Below the pieces are notes generated by a model. It was not told the DNA's origin and made no database searches. It saw nothing but the letters and a program-made list of their open reading frames with translations. A program made the translations under genes and the position numbers. Positions 19,162 through 28,279 of a stretch of 56,959 nt of DNA are shown in pieces. Source of the stretch: Chlamydiia bacterium. Its GTDB lineage: Bacteria; Chlamydiota; Chlamydiia; Chlamydiales; JAAKFR01. Location: the NCBI GenBank assembly GCA_020440555.1, contig JAGRNW010000001.1, positions 1 to 56,959 on the forward strand. Direction: 5' to 3'. The number at the start of each line of letters is the position of its first letter. Position 1 is the stretch's first letter.

Positions 19162-21939
19162 ATGAAAAAAGAAATCTTCAAATCTCAAACAATCGGCAGA
19201 TATGAGCTTCTTTCTCTTGTCGCTAAAGGAGGCATGGGGGAGGTTTGGCTCGCTTATGACCCCATTTGTGATAGAAAATGTGCCCTTAAACGCATCAGAC
19301 AAGATATTAAAAGCAAAGCCGCTTTTGAAGAACGATTTTTAAAAGAAGCCAAAATTACAGCTTCTCTCACCCATCCTGGCATTATCACAATCTATACCAT
19401 TGCCCGAGAAGGAGAGTCTCTTTATTACACTATGCCTTTTGTCGAAGGGAAAAATTTCAAAGAAATGCTCAAAGAGGGAAAAGAATCCATTCCTTCCTTA
19501 CTCCCTATTTTTTGTTCGATTTGTCAAACTGTTGCTTACGCTCACTCCAATGGAATTATTCATCGAGATCTTAAACCTGAAAATATTTTGGTGGGAAAAT
19601 TCGGGGAAGTCATCATTCTCGATTGGGGACTTGCTATTCATCAAACCCATGAAGAAGAAGAACTCCCTCTTTTGCCTGAGAATGCCTCAAGCGGACTCAC
19701 GGAACCAGGGAAAGTGATGGGGACTCTTGCCTTCCTGGCTCCAGAAAGGATATGCGGAAAAGCCTCAAATCCACAAACTGATATCTATGCGCTCGGAGTG
19801 ATGCTCTACCAAATTCTCACATTACGATTCCCCTTTCGACGTATTTCTATCAAAGAGTTTAAAAAAAAGTGGAAAAAGGAAGTGGTGCCTGATCCTGAAG
19901 AGGTAGCCCCTTATCGAGATGTCCCTCCTCATTTGAGCATGATTGTTAAAAAATGTTTAGCTAAAGATCCTCGAGAGAGGTATGCCAAAGCAGATGAACT
20001 GGTCTACGATCTTCTAGCTCACATCGAAGGACGTGGAGAATGGTATGGGATAGCCATCCTCAATCTCAATAATAAACAAGATTGGGAATTTCAAGAAAAT
20101 GTCTTAATTGCCAAGCATATTGCCATCGCAAGAAGCCTTGAAGGAGCTGAATGGGTGAGCATGATGCTTTCCAAGGGATCTTTTGCTAAAACCCTTAAAA
20201 TTGAGTGTGAAGTGACCATTCATGAGTTTGGAGCAGGGATTGGATTGATGCTGGGCATCCCAGAAAGTGCTGAAAGAGACGAACCAATTGAAGGGTATTG
20301 CCTTTGGCTGGGTAGTGAGCCGGGTGGGTCGTACCTTTTTAAAAAGACGGCTGCAGTGATGTGTCTCCCCGCTATTTCTCTAAAAAAGGGGATAAAATAT
20401 GAAATCACTCTTGAAAAACGAGATCATAACATCCATTGTTCAATCGATGGAATTCATCAATTTTCCTATATCAGTCATCTTCCTCTTTTAGGGACTCATG
20501 TAGGAATTTTATCACGCGATGCGGATTTCTCTCTCTCTCCCATGCGAATCTTTGTAGGAAGTGACACGCTCGAAGTCAATTGTTTGGCTATTCCAGATGC
20601 CTTCTTAGCAAGCAAGGACTATGCACGCGCACTAGCAGAATATCGACGCATCGGGTACTCTTTTCCTGGCCATGCCGAAGGAAGAGAAGCTCTTTTTCGA
20701 GCTGGAGTGACCCTGCTTGAACAGGGAAAAATGGCCTCTACACACGAAGATAAGGGAGTGTATTTTTCTTTAGCTCTCGAAGAATTTTCTCGTCTTCAAG
20801 GGACCCCTGGAGCCCCTTTAGAATATTTAGGTAAATCTCTTGTCTATGCTGCCTTGGGAGATCAAGTAGATGAAATCAAATGTTTGGAACTTGGTCTTCG
20901 TCGCTACTTTCAACATCCCTTAATTGCTCCCATTAAAGAACAGGTCATCTACCGTCTTCACCAATCAGCAATCAAAGATCGACCCTCCGCGTACAGACTC
21001 ACTCTCACGGTATTGAATCACCTTGCTGATGTGGCTAATACGTCGGAATTCCATCGTCTTTTCGATCATCTTGTCCAACACTGGGAAAAGCTCCCCTTTT
21101 TCGAAGAGGGTGAAGAGAAAAATACAGCGATCATTTTAAGTTTCTGGTTGGCAGAACTTCCCCTTTTACTAGAACTCTATGGCTCGCTTGATCCAACAAA
21201 CCCCAAGCATGCTCCCCTTATTGGGAATATCCTCACGGCCCTCTTCGAACTAGGCGCCAAAAAGCAAACACTGACTCTATTAAAACAATTAGAAAATGAA
21301 AAGCATTCAGAAGATCTCCAGGAAAGGCTTATCTGGTTTCGCCCTCTAGTCGTTAGCCAGGAAAAAAATCTCATTGAAGGCATCAAAACATTTTTTGCTC
21401 TAAATCCCCTCGATATTGGGATTAAAGAATTTCGTACCATCCGTTTTTTGCTCGAAATAGCCCTTTTTTCCGATAGTGAAGAATTGATTGCGAGCTTTAT
21501 AAAAAATCTTTCACGATTTTCTTTAAGTGACGAACAAGCAATTTCTTGTGACACTTATCTGATCTGGAGTTTTCTTATAGAAGAGAAATGGAAGGAGGCG
21601 GGTGAGATATTTTCCAAATATTCTTTAGAATCACTTAATCATGAGACAAATTCACTTCATTCTCTTTTTGGGTGCTGGCTTGCAGCTGTGGAAGGGAATG
21701 ACATTGCGATGATTCATTTTGCAGGAGTCACTGAAACTCCTTTTCCACGATCTTGGGCTCTTCTTTCTTTTGAACTCACCAATCAACTTGTTGGCCCCCC
21801 CAGTTGGGAGGATCAATCGTTCCTTTTTGAAAGACGTCAGCTTGACCGGTACCTTGCAATCTATTATCATTGCACTGAAAATCCTGAGAAAGAAACGCTT
21901 TATCGCGAAAAAGAGAACCTAGAATATGTCCGAGACTGA
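19162..21939 (+). CDS. pknD: Ser/Thr protein kinase, PknD-like (kinase + beta-sandwich-like + TPR/helical repeat regions)
   Basis: Hanks kinase motifs: GKGGMGEVW glycine loop, ALKRI lysine, HRDLKPENIL, DWG (DFG variant), LAPE. The long C-terminal region is about 630 aa. The 3' end overlaps valS by 14 nt, and I recall pknD-valS adjacency in Chlamydia. Confidence 0.85.
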   Translation: MKKEIFKSQTIGRYELLSLVAKGGMGEVWLAYDPICDRKCALKRIRQDIKSKAAFEERFLKEAKITASLTHPGIITIYTIAREGESLYYTMPFVEGKNFKEMLKEGKESIPSLLPIFCSICQTVAYAHSNGIIHRDLKPENILVGKFGEVIILDWGLAIHQTHEEEELPLLPENASSGLTEPGKVMGTLAFLAPERICGKASNPQTDIYALGVMLYQILTLRFPFRRISIKEFKKKWKKEVVPDPEEVAPYRDVPPHLSMIVKKCLAKDPRERYAKADELVYDLLAHIEGRGEWYGIAILNLNNKQDWEFQENVLIAKHIAIARSLEGAEWVSMMLSKGSFAKTLKIECEVTIHEFGAGIGLMLGIPESAERDEPIEGYCLWLGSEPGGSYLFKKTAAVMCLPAISLKKGIKYEITLEKRDHNIHCSIDGIHQFSYISHLPLLGTHVGILSRDADFSLSPMRIFVGSDTLEVNCLAIPDAFLASKDYARALAEYRRIGYSFPGHAEGREALFRAGVTLLEQGKMASTHEDKGVYFSLALEEFSRLQGTPGAPLEYLGKSLVYAALGDQVDEIKCLELGLRRYFQHPLIAPIKEQVIYRLHQSAIKDRPSAYRLTLTVLNHLADVANTSEFHRLFDHLVQHWEKLPFFEEGEEKNTAIILSFWLAELPLLLELYGSLDPTNPKHAPLIGNILTALFELGAKKQTLTLLKQLENEKHSEDLQERLIWFRPLVVSQEKNLIEGIKTFFALNPLDIGIKEFRTIRFLLEIALFSDSEELIASFIKNLSRFSLSDEQAISCDTYLIWSFLIEEKWKEAGEIFSKYSLESLNHETNSLHSLFGCWLAAVEGNDIAMIHFAGVTETPFPRSWALLSFELTNQLVGPPSWEDQSFLFERRQLDRYLAIYYHCTENPEKETLYREKENLEYVRD

Positions 21940-24769
21940 GAGAAAATCCTTTTTTCTTCCAAAAGCCTATGATGCTAAACAAACGGAATCGAAATGGATA
22001 CTGTTTTGGGAAAATGAAAGATTTTTTAAAGCAGATGCATCAAGCTCCCATCCTCCCTACTCCATTGTGATCCCTCCCCCCAATGTGACGGGCGTTCTTC
22101 ACATGGGGCATGCCCTTGTCAATACCCTTCAGGATATCTTGATCCGACGAAAAAGAATGCTAGGGTTCGAAACTCTCTGGATACCTGGAACCGACCATGC
22201 AGGAATTGCTACTCAAACGGTTGTGGAAAGGCACCTCCTCCGAACTACTGGAAAAAAGAGAAAAGATTTTAAACGTGATGAATTTCTTGAAATCGTTTGG
22301 AAATTTAAAGAAAAAAATGAAGAAGTCATCCTTAAGCAATTGAAAACTTTAGGTTGCTCATGTGATTGGTCCCGTCTCCGTTTTACTATGGATGATGGGT
22401 GTAACCGAGCAGTCAACGTGGCATTTAAGAAACTATTTGACAAAGGCCTCATTTATCGTGGTGATTATCTTGTTAACTGGGATCCTACCTCCCAAACAGC
22501 GTTGGCAGATGATGAAGTAGAGTATGAAGAAAAAGAAGGTTTTCTTTGGTACTTCAAGTATCCATTTGTTGACAAATCAGGATACGCTGTGGTTGCCACT
22601 ACACGCCCAGAAACTATGCTTGGAGATGTTGCCGTTGCTGTTGCTCCATCGGACGAAAGATATAGAAAATTTATAGGAAAAATGATTGATCACCCGCTCA
22701 CTGGGAGGCAAATTCCGATAATCGCTGATCACTATGTCAATCCAGAATTTGGAACGGGAATGGTTAAAGTCACCCCTGCGCATGACCCAAACGACTATAA
22801 AATTGCTCTTTCTCATAACCTCGAGATGATCAATATTCTTACTCCTCATGGTCATATCAATGAAAATGGAGGAGAATTCGCCCACTTAAGTCGCGAAGAA
22901 GCCCGTCATCTGATTGTGAAAAAGCTTCAAAGTTTAGGACTTCTCGAAAAAATCGTACCTCACACCCTTCGAGTAGGAGTATCCTACCGCTCTAAGGCCA
23001 TTTTGGAACCTTATCTTTCCAAACAATGGTTCATCGATATGAAACCTTTTACCAAAATTCTTAAACGGGCTGTAGAGGAAGGTGGTGTTAAAATCATACC
23101 TAAATCGTGGGAAAATACTTATTTCCACTGGATTAACAACCTCCGCGATTGGTGCATCAGTCGTCAGCTCTGGTGGGGCCACCAAATCCCCGTTTGGTAC
23201 CATAAAGATCATCCTGAAACTATGATCTGTTACGACGGAAAAGGATTACCTCCAGAAGTTGTTGCTGAGCCTGATGTTTGGAAACGAGATGAAGATGTTT
23301 TAGATACCTGGTTCTCGTCTGCCCTTTGGCCTCTTTCCACTATGGGATGGCCCGATAAAACGCCTGATTTTAAGAAATTTTATCCCACATCCGTTTTAGT
23401 CACGGGACACGACATTCTCTTTTTTTGGGTAGCCAGAATGATCCTTATGGATGAATATCTTTCAGAAAGATTTCCCTTCCCTGAAACTTTCTTGCATGGT
23501 CTTATTTTTGGAAAATCTTATTGGAGAAAAAATCAAGAGGGGGGAATTACTTACATCACCGGAGAAGAAAAAAAAGAGTACGACATGGGTAAATCCATTC
23601 CTTTCGATGTCGAGTCTAAATGGGAAAAACTTTCCAAATCAAAAGGAAATGTGATCGATCCTCTCGAACTGATCGATGAATATGGCACTGATGCTGTGCG
23701 CATGTCCCTTTGCTCTACAGCTAATCAATCTCCGCAAATTGATCTGGATAGACGTCGCTTCGAAGAATTCAAGAATTTTGCAAATAAAGTATGGAATGGG
23801 GCCCGTTTTGTCTTCCTTAACCTTGAAGGACTCACATCAGATGAACTGGCAAAAGGACTCGATGAATCACAGCTGCAACTGGAAGACCGTTGGATCTTGT
23901 CAGCCACTAATCAGATTAATGAAAAAGTGAATCATGCATTAGATCATTATTCTTTTGATCAAGCGGCTTTATCTGCTTACGATTTTTTCTGGAAAGAATT
24001 CTGCGCTTACTATTTAGAACTTGCTAAACCCTCTCTCTTTGGAAAGAGAGGAAATTTAACTCAAAAGTTAAACAAGCAAAAACTTTTGGTGATTGTGTTA
24101 TGTAATAGTATTTGTCTTCTTCATCCTATGGCTCCTTTTATTACAGAAGAGCTTTTTTTTCTTCTTAAGAGTCGTTTTTCGGATTTAGACTTACAAAAGG
24201 ATGTTGATCCTTATACCATTGAACTTGCTGAAGCTTTAAAACATCCAGCTTGCGCAGTGGCTCCTTATCCTAAAGTAATTAGAGAAAAAGATATCCATCC
24301 TGAGATTGAAAAGATGTTCTCATTGATGGAAGAAATTGTGTATGCTATTCGCAATATTCGCGGAGAGATGAAAGTTCCTCCACATATGGCCACTGCAATT
24401 TATATTGTTGCCCCTAAAAATTCTTTAGAAAGCCTGATCGCTACCGAAAATAGCGACTTTATCAGGTCCCTAGTAAAAACTAATGAGGTTGAAATTACCG
24501 ATCGAATGCCTGAGCTTAGTTTTTCCTCAACTACTATGGTGAAAACTTTGAAAATTGTGGTTTCCCTACCTGAGGAACTACGGGAAAAGGAGCTTAAACG
24601 ACTAGCAAAAGAAAGAGAGTACTTAATTGAGCAAATTAGACGTTTAAAGGTTCAGCTTTCTAATCCTCAATTTCTGGAAAAAGCTAAGCCGGAACTTGTC
24701 TCTAAACAGGAAGAGCAACTGTTGCATTCGCTAGAAAAACTCAAACAACTTGAATCTGTTCTTGGGTAA
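21926..24769 (+). CDS. valS: valine--tRNA ligase
   Basis: Class I HIGH (HMGHAL) and KMSKS-type (KLSKSKGN) motifs, a CP1 editing domain and a C-terminal coiled coil; 947 aa. Confidence 0.97.
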   Translation: MSETERKSFFLPKAYDAKQTESKWILFWENERFFKADASSSHPPYSIVIPPPNVTGVLHMGHALVNTLQDILIRRKRMLGFETLWIPGTDHAGIATQTVVERHLLRTTGKKRKDFKRDEFLEIVWKFKEKNEEVILKQLKTLGCSCDWSRLRFTMDDGCNRAVNVAFKKLFDKGLIYRGDYLVNWDPTSQTALADDEVEYEEKEGFLWYFKYPFVDKSGYAVVATTRPETMLGDVAVAVAPSDERYRKFIGKMIDHPLTGRQIPIIADHYVNPEFGTGMVKVTPAHDPNDYKIALSHNLEMINILTPHGHINENGGEFAHLSREEARHLIVKKLQSLGLLEKIVPHTLRVGVSYRSKAILEPYLSKQWFIDMKPFTKILKRAVEEGGVKIIPKSWENTYFHWINNLRDWCISRQLWWGHQIPVWYHKDHPETMICYDGKGLPPEVVAEPDVWKRDEDVLDTWFSSALWPLSTMGWPDKTPDFKKFYPTSVLVTGHDILFFWVARMILMDEYLSERFPFPETFLHGLIFGKSYWRKNQEGGITYITGEEKKEYDMGKSIPFDVESKWEKLSKSKGNVIDPLELIDEYGTDAVRMSLCSTANQSPQIDLDRRRFEEFKNFANKVWNGARFVFLNLEGLTSDELAKGLDESQLQLEDRWILSATNQINEKVNHALDHYSFDQAALSAYDFFWKEFCAYYLELAKPSLFGKRGNLTQKLNKQKLLVIVLCNSICLLHPMAPFITEELFFLLKSRFSDLDLQKDVDPYTIELAEALKHPACAVAPYPKVIREKDIHPEIEKMFSLMEEIVYAIRNIRGEMKVPPHMATAIYIVAPKNSLESLIATENSDFIRSLVKTNEVEITDRMPELSFSSTTMVKTLKIVVSLPEELREKELKRLAKEREYLIEQIRRLKVQLSNPQFLEKAKPELVSKQEEQLLHSLEKLKQLESVLG

Positions 24770-24800
24770 CCTGAGTTTTGGGTTGGGTAATCCCAAAACT
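24767..24800. repeat. short hairpin copy of the palindromic element family (shares a 19-nt arm with 38474-38492)
   Basis: taacctgagttttgggttg at 24767-24785 is identical to 38474-38492. AGTTTTGGG (24774-24782) pairs with CCCAAAACT (24792-24800) across a 9-nt loop. The first 3 nt are the valS stop codon. Confidence 0.55.
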
Positions 24801-24845
24801 TCTTCAATGCGTGAATCGCACGCCCTTGCGTAAGGGGGGACCCAT

Positions 24846-26234
24846 TCAGTCTGATTGTAAAACAGGTTTAGCGATCCGCTCTTGTTCTTCATTTTTGACA
24901 CGTAAGAAAAAAACCTGGGTCTGCCTAACTGTGATCCCCGTAAGGGCGATCAATCCTATTAAATTGGGCAAAGCCATAAAAGCATTGGCAATATCAGCCA
25001 GGCTCCAAACAAGATCAAGAGGCATCCAGACACCCAAAAAAACGAAGATCGAAAAAATCAAGCGATAAATAAAAATCGCTTTGGTCCCAAAGAGATATTC
25101 CATACACTTTTCACCATAATAGGACCAGCCCACAATAGTAGAGTAACCAAAAAGAATTGCTCCAATCATCACAAGAACACCACCGTAGGGAATCATGGTA
25201 TTAAAGGCAGCCATCGTAAGAGGCACTCCGTTGAGTACCTTTCCGTCAACACCGATTTGACCAAAAACACCAGTCACTGCAATGGCTAGTCCTGTAAATG
25301 TACACACTATTGTTGATAAAAAGGCTCCTGTCATTGAGATCAATGCCTGTCGTCCGGGAAGATCTGTTTTGGCGGCAGCTGCTGCAATGGGGGCTGTCCC
25401 TAATCCTGATTCATTGGAAAAAACACCACGAGCAACTCCCATTTGCACTGCAAGCATCACTGTTGAACCGGCAAATCCCCCCGTTGCTGCCTGACCGGTA
25501 AAGGCTGAACGAAAAATCAATCCGATCGCTGAGGGAATCTGTGTATAACTCAAACAAAGAACAATTAAACTCCCCGCGATATAGAGGATCGCCATAATTG
25601 GAACTAAAAAAGAAGTGACACCCCCAATCATCCGGATTCCACCAATCAGAACAATTCCTGTTAGAAGCGCCAAAATTAATCCAATCGTCCAGTCTTTAAG
25701 TGGTAAAACCGTCGTCACAGCTGCTGTGATAGAATGAGACTGAACAATATTACCAGTAAATAAAGTGGTGATAACTCCAAAAATCGCAAAAGCAATGGCC
25801 ATTTTTTTCCAACCCAATCCCGCTTCTAAATAATACATCGGCCCACCTGCCATCTCTCCTCGATCATCAAGAACCCGGTATTTAATGGCTAAAATGGCCT
25901 CAGAATATTTAGTTGCCATTCCAATAAAAGCTGTCACCCAAAGCCAAAAAAGAGCACCAAGCCCCCCCATAGAAACAGCTGTCGCGATCCCCGCAATATT
26001 TCCAATACCGATTGTGGCAGCTAGGGCGGTCATCAAAGCCTGAAAATGAGAAATGTCCCCCTCAGCTACATCATCATGGCGAGTAAAAGCAAGTTTTAAA
26101 GCGAATCCCAAACGGCGAAACTGAATCCCTTTGAGTCGGTAAGTCAAAAAAAGCCCACTACCCACGAGCAAAAGAAACAGCGGCTGCCAAATGAGGCTAT
26201 CCACTCTTTGGAGAAACACTATTAAATTTCCCAT
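24846..26234 (-). CDS. alanine/glycine:cation symporter (AGCS family)
   Basis: 462-aa polytopic protein with AGCS hallmarks: QALMTALAATIGIGNIAG, GGPMYY, FSNESGLG.APIAAAAA. Confidence 0.9.
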   Translation of the reverse strand: MGNLIVFLQRVDSLIWQPLFLLLVGSGLFLTYRLKGIQFRRLGFALKLAFTRHDDVAEGDISHFQALMTALAATIGIGNIAGIATAVSMGGLGALFWLWVTAFIGMATKYSEAILAIKYRVLDDRGEMAGGPMYYLEAGLGWKKMAIAFAIFGVITTLFTGNIVQSHSITAAVTTVLPLKDWTIGLILALLTGIVLIGGIRMIGGVTSFLVPIMAILYIAGSLIVLCLSYTQIPSAIGLIFRSAFTGQAATGGFAGSTVMLAVQMGVARGVFSNESGLGTAPIAAAAAKTDLPGRQALISMTGAFLSTIVCTFTGLAIAVTGVFGQIGVDGKVLNGVPLTMAAFNTMIPYGGVLVMIGAILFGYSTIVGWSYYGEKCMEYLFGTKAIFIYRLIFSIFVFLGVWMPLDLVWSLADIANAFMALPNLIGLIALTGITVRQTQVFFLRVKNEEQERIAKPVLQSD

Positions 26235-26334
26235 AATATATAGATCCGCCTCGGCTTACGTTAATGACGTTATACCCTTTTTTTGTTTTGAGTTCAAGAT
26301 CCCCCTTTGGTATTGTAACAAATTTATTTATGGA

Positions 26335-27492
26335 ATGATCATGTCCCCTTTCTCTTCTGATGATGCAAAGAGTTGGCTTCCTTCACCACAAGAGTTAAAA
26401 AATTGTTATCCTCTTTCAAAAGATCTCAAGGCTTTTATTGAAAAAAGTCGACAAGAAATAAAAAATATTTTATTAGAACGAGACCATCGCTTGATTTTGA
26501 TTGTTGGCCCCTGTTCCATTCATGATCTTGAAGCTTGTAGAGAATATGCCTCTTATCTAAAAGATTTAATTGAGGAAGTTTCGGATCAATTTTTTATTCT
26601 GATGAGGGTTTATTTTGAGAAACCTCGCACTCTTACAGGATGGAAAGGATTTGTGACTGATCCTCATTTGGATGGATCTTACGATATTGCCAAGGGGCTT
26701 CAGTTAACTCGTCAATTTCTCTGGGAGCTTGCTTCACAAAAAATCCCTATTGCTACAGAACTTTTAGAAATAATGACTACACCTTATGTAGATGATTTGT
26801 TGAGCTGGGGATGTATCGGAGCCAGAACTTGTACCTCACCCCTTCATCGACAAATGGCAGCAGGTCTCCCTTTCCCTGTGGGTTTTAAAAATTCTACCGA
26901 TGGAAATATCACCAATGCCATCAATGGCGTCATCGTCGCTTCCGCACCTCATGCATTTATGGGAGTTGATGAAAAAGGGATGTTAAAGAGAATATCCGTC
27001 CCGGGAAATCCTAATTGTCACCTCATTTTACGAGGAGGGAAATTTGAATCCAATTACGATTTGGCATCTATCCAGAAGGCTTTAATTGAATTATCAGCAG
27101 CGGGACAATCTCGCCGACTGATTGTTGATTGTTCTCATGACAATTGTGGAAAAATATACGAAAGACAAATGCCTATTTTTTACTCTCTCATTGATTTGAT
27201 TCAAAAAGGCCATAGAGAAATCAAAGGGATGATGTTAGAAAGCCACCTTTTTGAGGGAAATCAAACACTCTCCCATCCTTCCCAATTGAGATATGGGGTT
27301 TCAGTTACAGATCCTTGTCTCGATTGGGAGAGAACTCAAAGAATGATTCATCAAGCTTATAAACAATTACAAAATACCTTACCCAAACAAAGTTGTTTGG
27401 TATATGCGCCTCACTCTAGAACTCATCAGGGGCAGCAATCCGATCGGCCCAAATGTGGTGCTGCCAGCGAGCGATCACTTCTGAGTCAGTAA
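26335..27492 (+). CDS. aroG: 3-deoxy-7-phosphoheptulonate (DAHP) synthase, class I
   Basis: GPCSIHD, YFEKPRT..GWKG, IGARTC.S..HR, KN.TDG and DCSH.N motifs. The likely start is the ATG at 26335 or 26341; the ORF-track start at 26191 overlaps the divergent symporter. The last ~40 residues are non-homologous tail. Confidence 0.88.
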   Translation: MIMSPFSSDDAKSWLPSPQELKNCYPLSKDLKAFIEKSRQEIKNILLERDHRLILIVGPCSIHDLEACREYASYLKDLIEEVSDQFFILMRVYFEKPRTLTGWKGFVTDPHLDGSYDIAKGLQLTRQFLWELASQKIPIATELLEIMTTPYVDDLLSWGCIGARTCTSPLHRQMAAGLPFPVGFKNSTDGNITNAINGVIVASAPHAFMGVDEKGMLKRISVPGNPNCHLILRGGKFESNYDLASIQKALIELSAAGQSRRLIVDCSHDNCGKIYERQMPIFYSLIDLIQKGHREIKGMMLESHLFEGNQTLSHPSQLRYGVSVTDPCLDWERTQRMIHQAYKQLQNTLPKQSCLVYAPHSRTHQGQQSDRPKCGAASERSLLSQ

Positions 27493-27844
27493 AAATTTCT
27501 GCCTTATAAGACAAAATACCTCCCTTACAACTATACCGTTCTTCGGTCAGCTGATAAACCCAAAATCCCCGAGTTTTTCTTACAGAAACTCTAAAGGATT
27601 CGATTGTTCTATCTCCATATCGAACCGTGAGTTCTAACGTAGGATCGAGGCCAAGATAGCGTTTGGGAATAACCCAACGAACCACCACCTGTTCACCATA
27701 AAAACAATGACGCCTCGGGTCTGGGGTATCTATCTGCTCCCCTCCTAAATAGGCTGGAGTGAGAAAATCGGAGCGAATCTGCAAAAATCTGGGATGGCAA
27801 CCCACCCCAATTAGACCGATCAAACCCAGAACAAAAAAACGCAT
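27416..27844 (-). CDS. hypothetical lipoprotein encoded immediately after V-ATPase subunit K
   Basis: Signal peptide with lipobox (LIGLIGVGC). The ATG at 27842-27844 directly abuts the TAA of atpK. No recognisable domain. Confidence 0.6.
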   Translation of the reverse strand: MRFFVLGLIGLIGVGCHPRFLQIRSDFLTPAYLGGEQIDTPDPRRHCFYGEQVVVRWVIPKRYLGLDPTLELTVRYGDRTIESFRVSVRKTRGFWVYQLTEERYSCKGGILSYKAEIFTDSEVIARWQHHIWADRIAAPDEF

Positions 27845-28267
27845 TTAGAGCAGTAATAGAGCAAAAACAAATGAGAAGAGGGAAAACGATTCGACAATTC
27901 CAATCGCAGCGTAACACTTTCCATAGATTGCCGGCTGTTTGGCAGAAGCCTGAATTCCAGTGGCACATGCTTTTCCCTGCATAATTGAAGAAAAAAGAAG
28001 AGCAAAACCCACACTGATCCCAATTCCTATTCCACCTAAGGGAGAGAGAGATTTATCTTGGATCGATCCGTTCATCAAAAGCATTAAGATAAATCCATAG
28101 ATTGCCTGAGAAGAGGGCATCGCAGACATTCCGATCATTTTTCCATGCCCTTCATCAATGCGGGCCATCACAGCGTGAGAAGCCATCCCTGCTATTCCAC
28201 ATCCAAAAGAACTTCCTATCATCGCAAGACCCAAAACAAGGGCCGGTCCAACTACATCAAAATTCAT
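27845..28267 (-). CDS. atpK: V-type ATP synthase subunit K (proteolipid, 4-helix)
   Basis: 140-aa, four-helix Gly/Ala-rich proteolipid with a single carboxylate in helix 4 (IVES). Last canonical gene of the V-ATPase operon. Confidence 0.9.
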   Translation of the reverse strand: MNFDVVGPALVLGLAMIGSSFGCGIAGMASHAVMARIDEGHGKMIGMSAMPSSQAIYGFILMLLMNGSIQDKSLSPLGGIGIGISVGFALLFSSIMQGKACATGIQASAKQPAIYGKCYAAIGIVESFSLFSFVFALLLL

Positions 28268-28279
28268 TTTATCCTCAAA

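Noticed and set aside
24778-25068. 96-aa plus-strand ORF starting in the valS-symporter spacer.
   Set aside because: Most of it is antisense to the well-supported AGCS symporter 3' end. It starts inside the hairpin region at a non-ATG codon.
26191-26334. 48-codon N-terminal extension of the DAHP synthase ORF that overlaps the divergent symporter start.
   Set aside because: It has no similarity to AroG-type N-termini. The in-frame ATGs at 26335 and 26341 give a normal-length enzyme.
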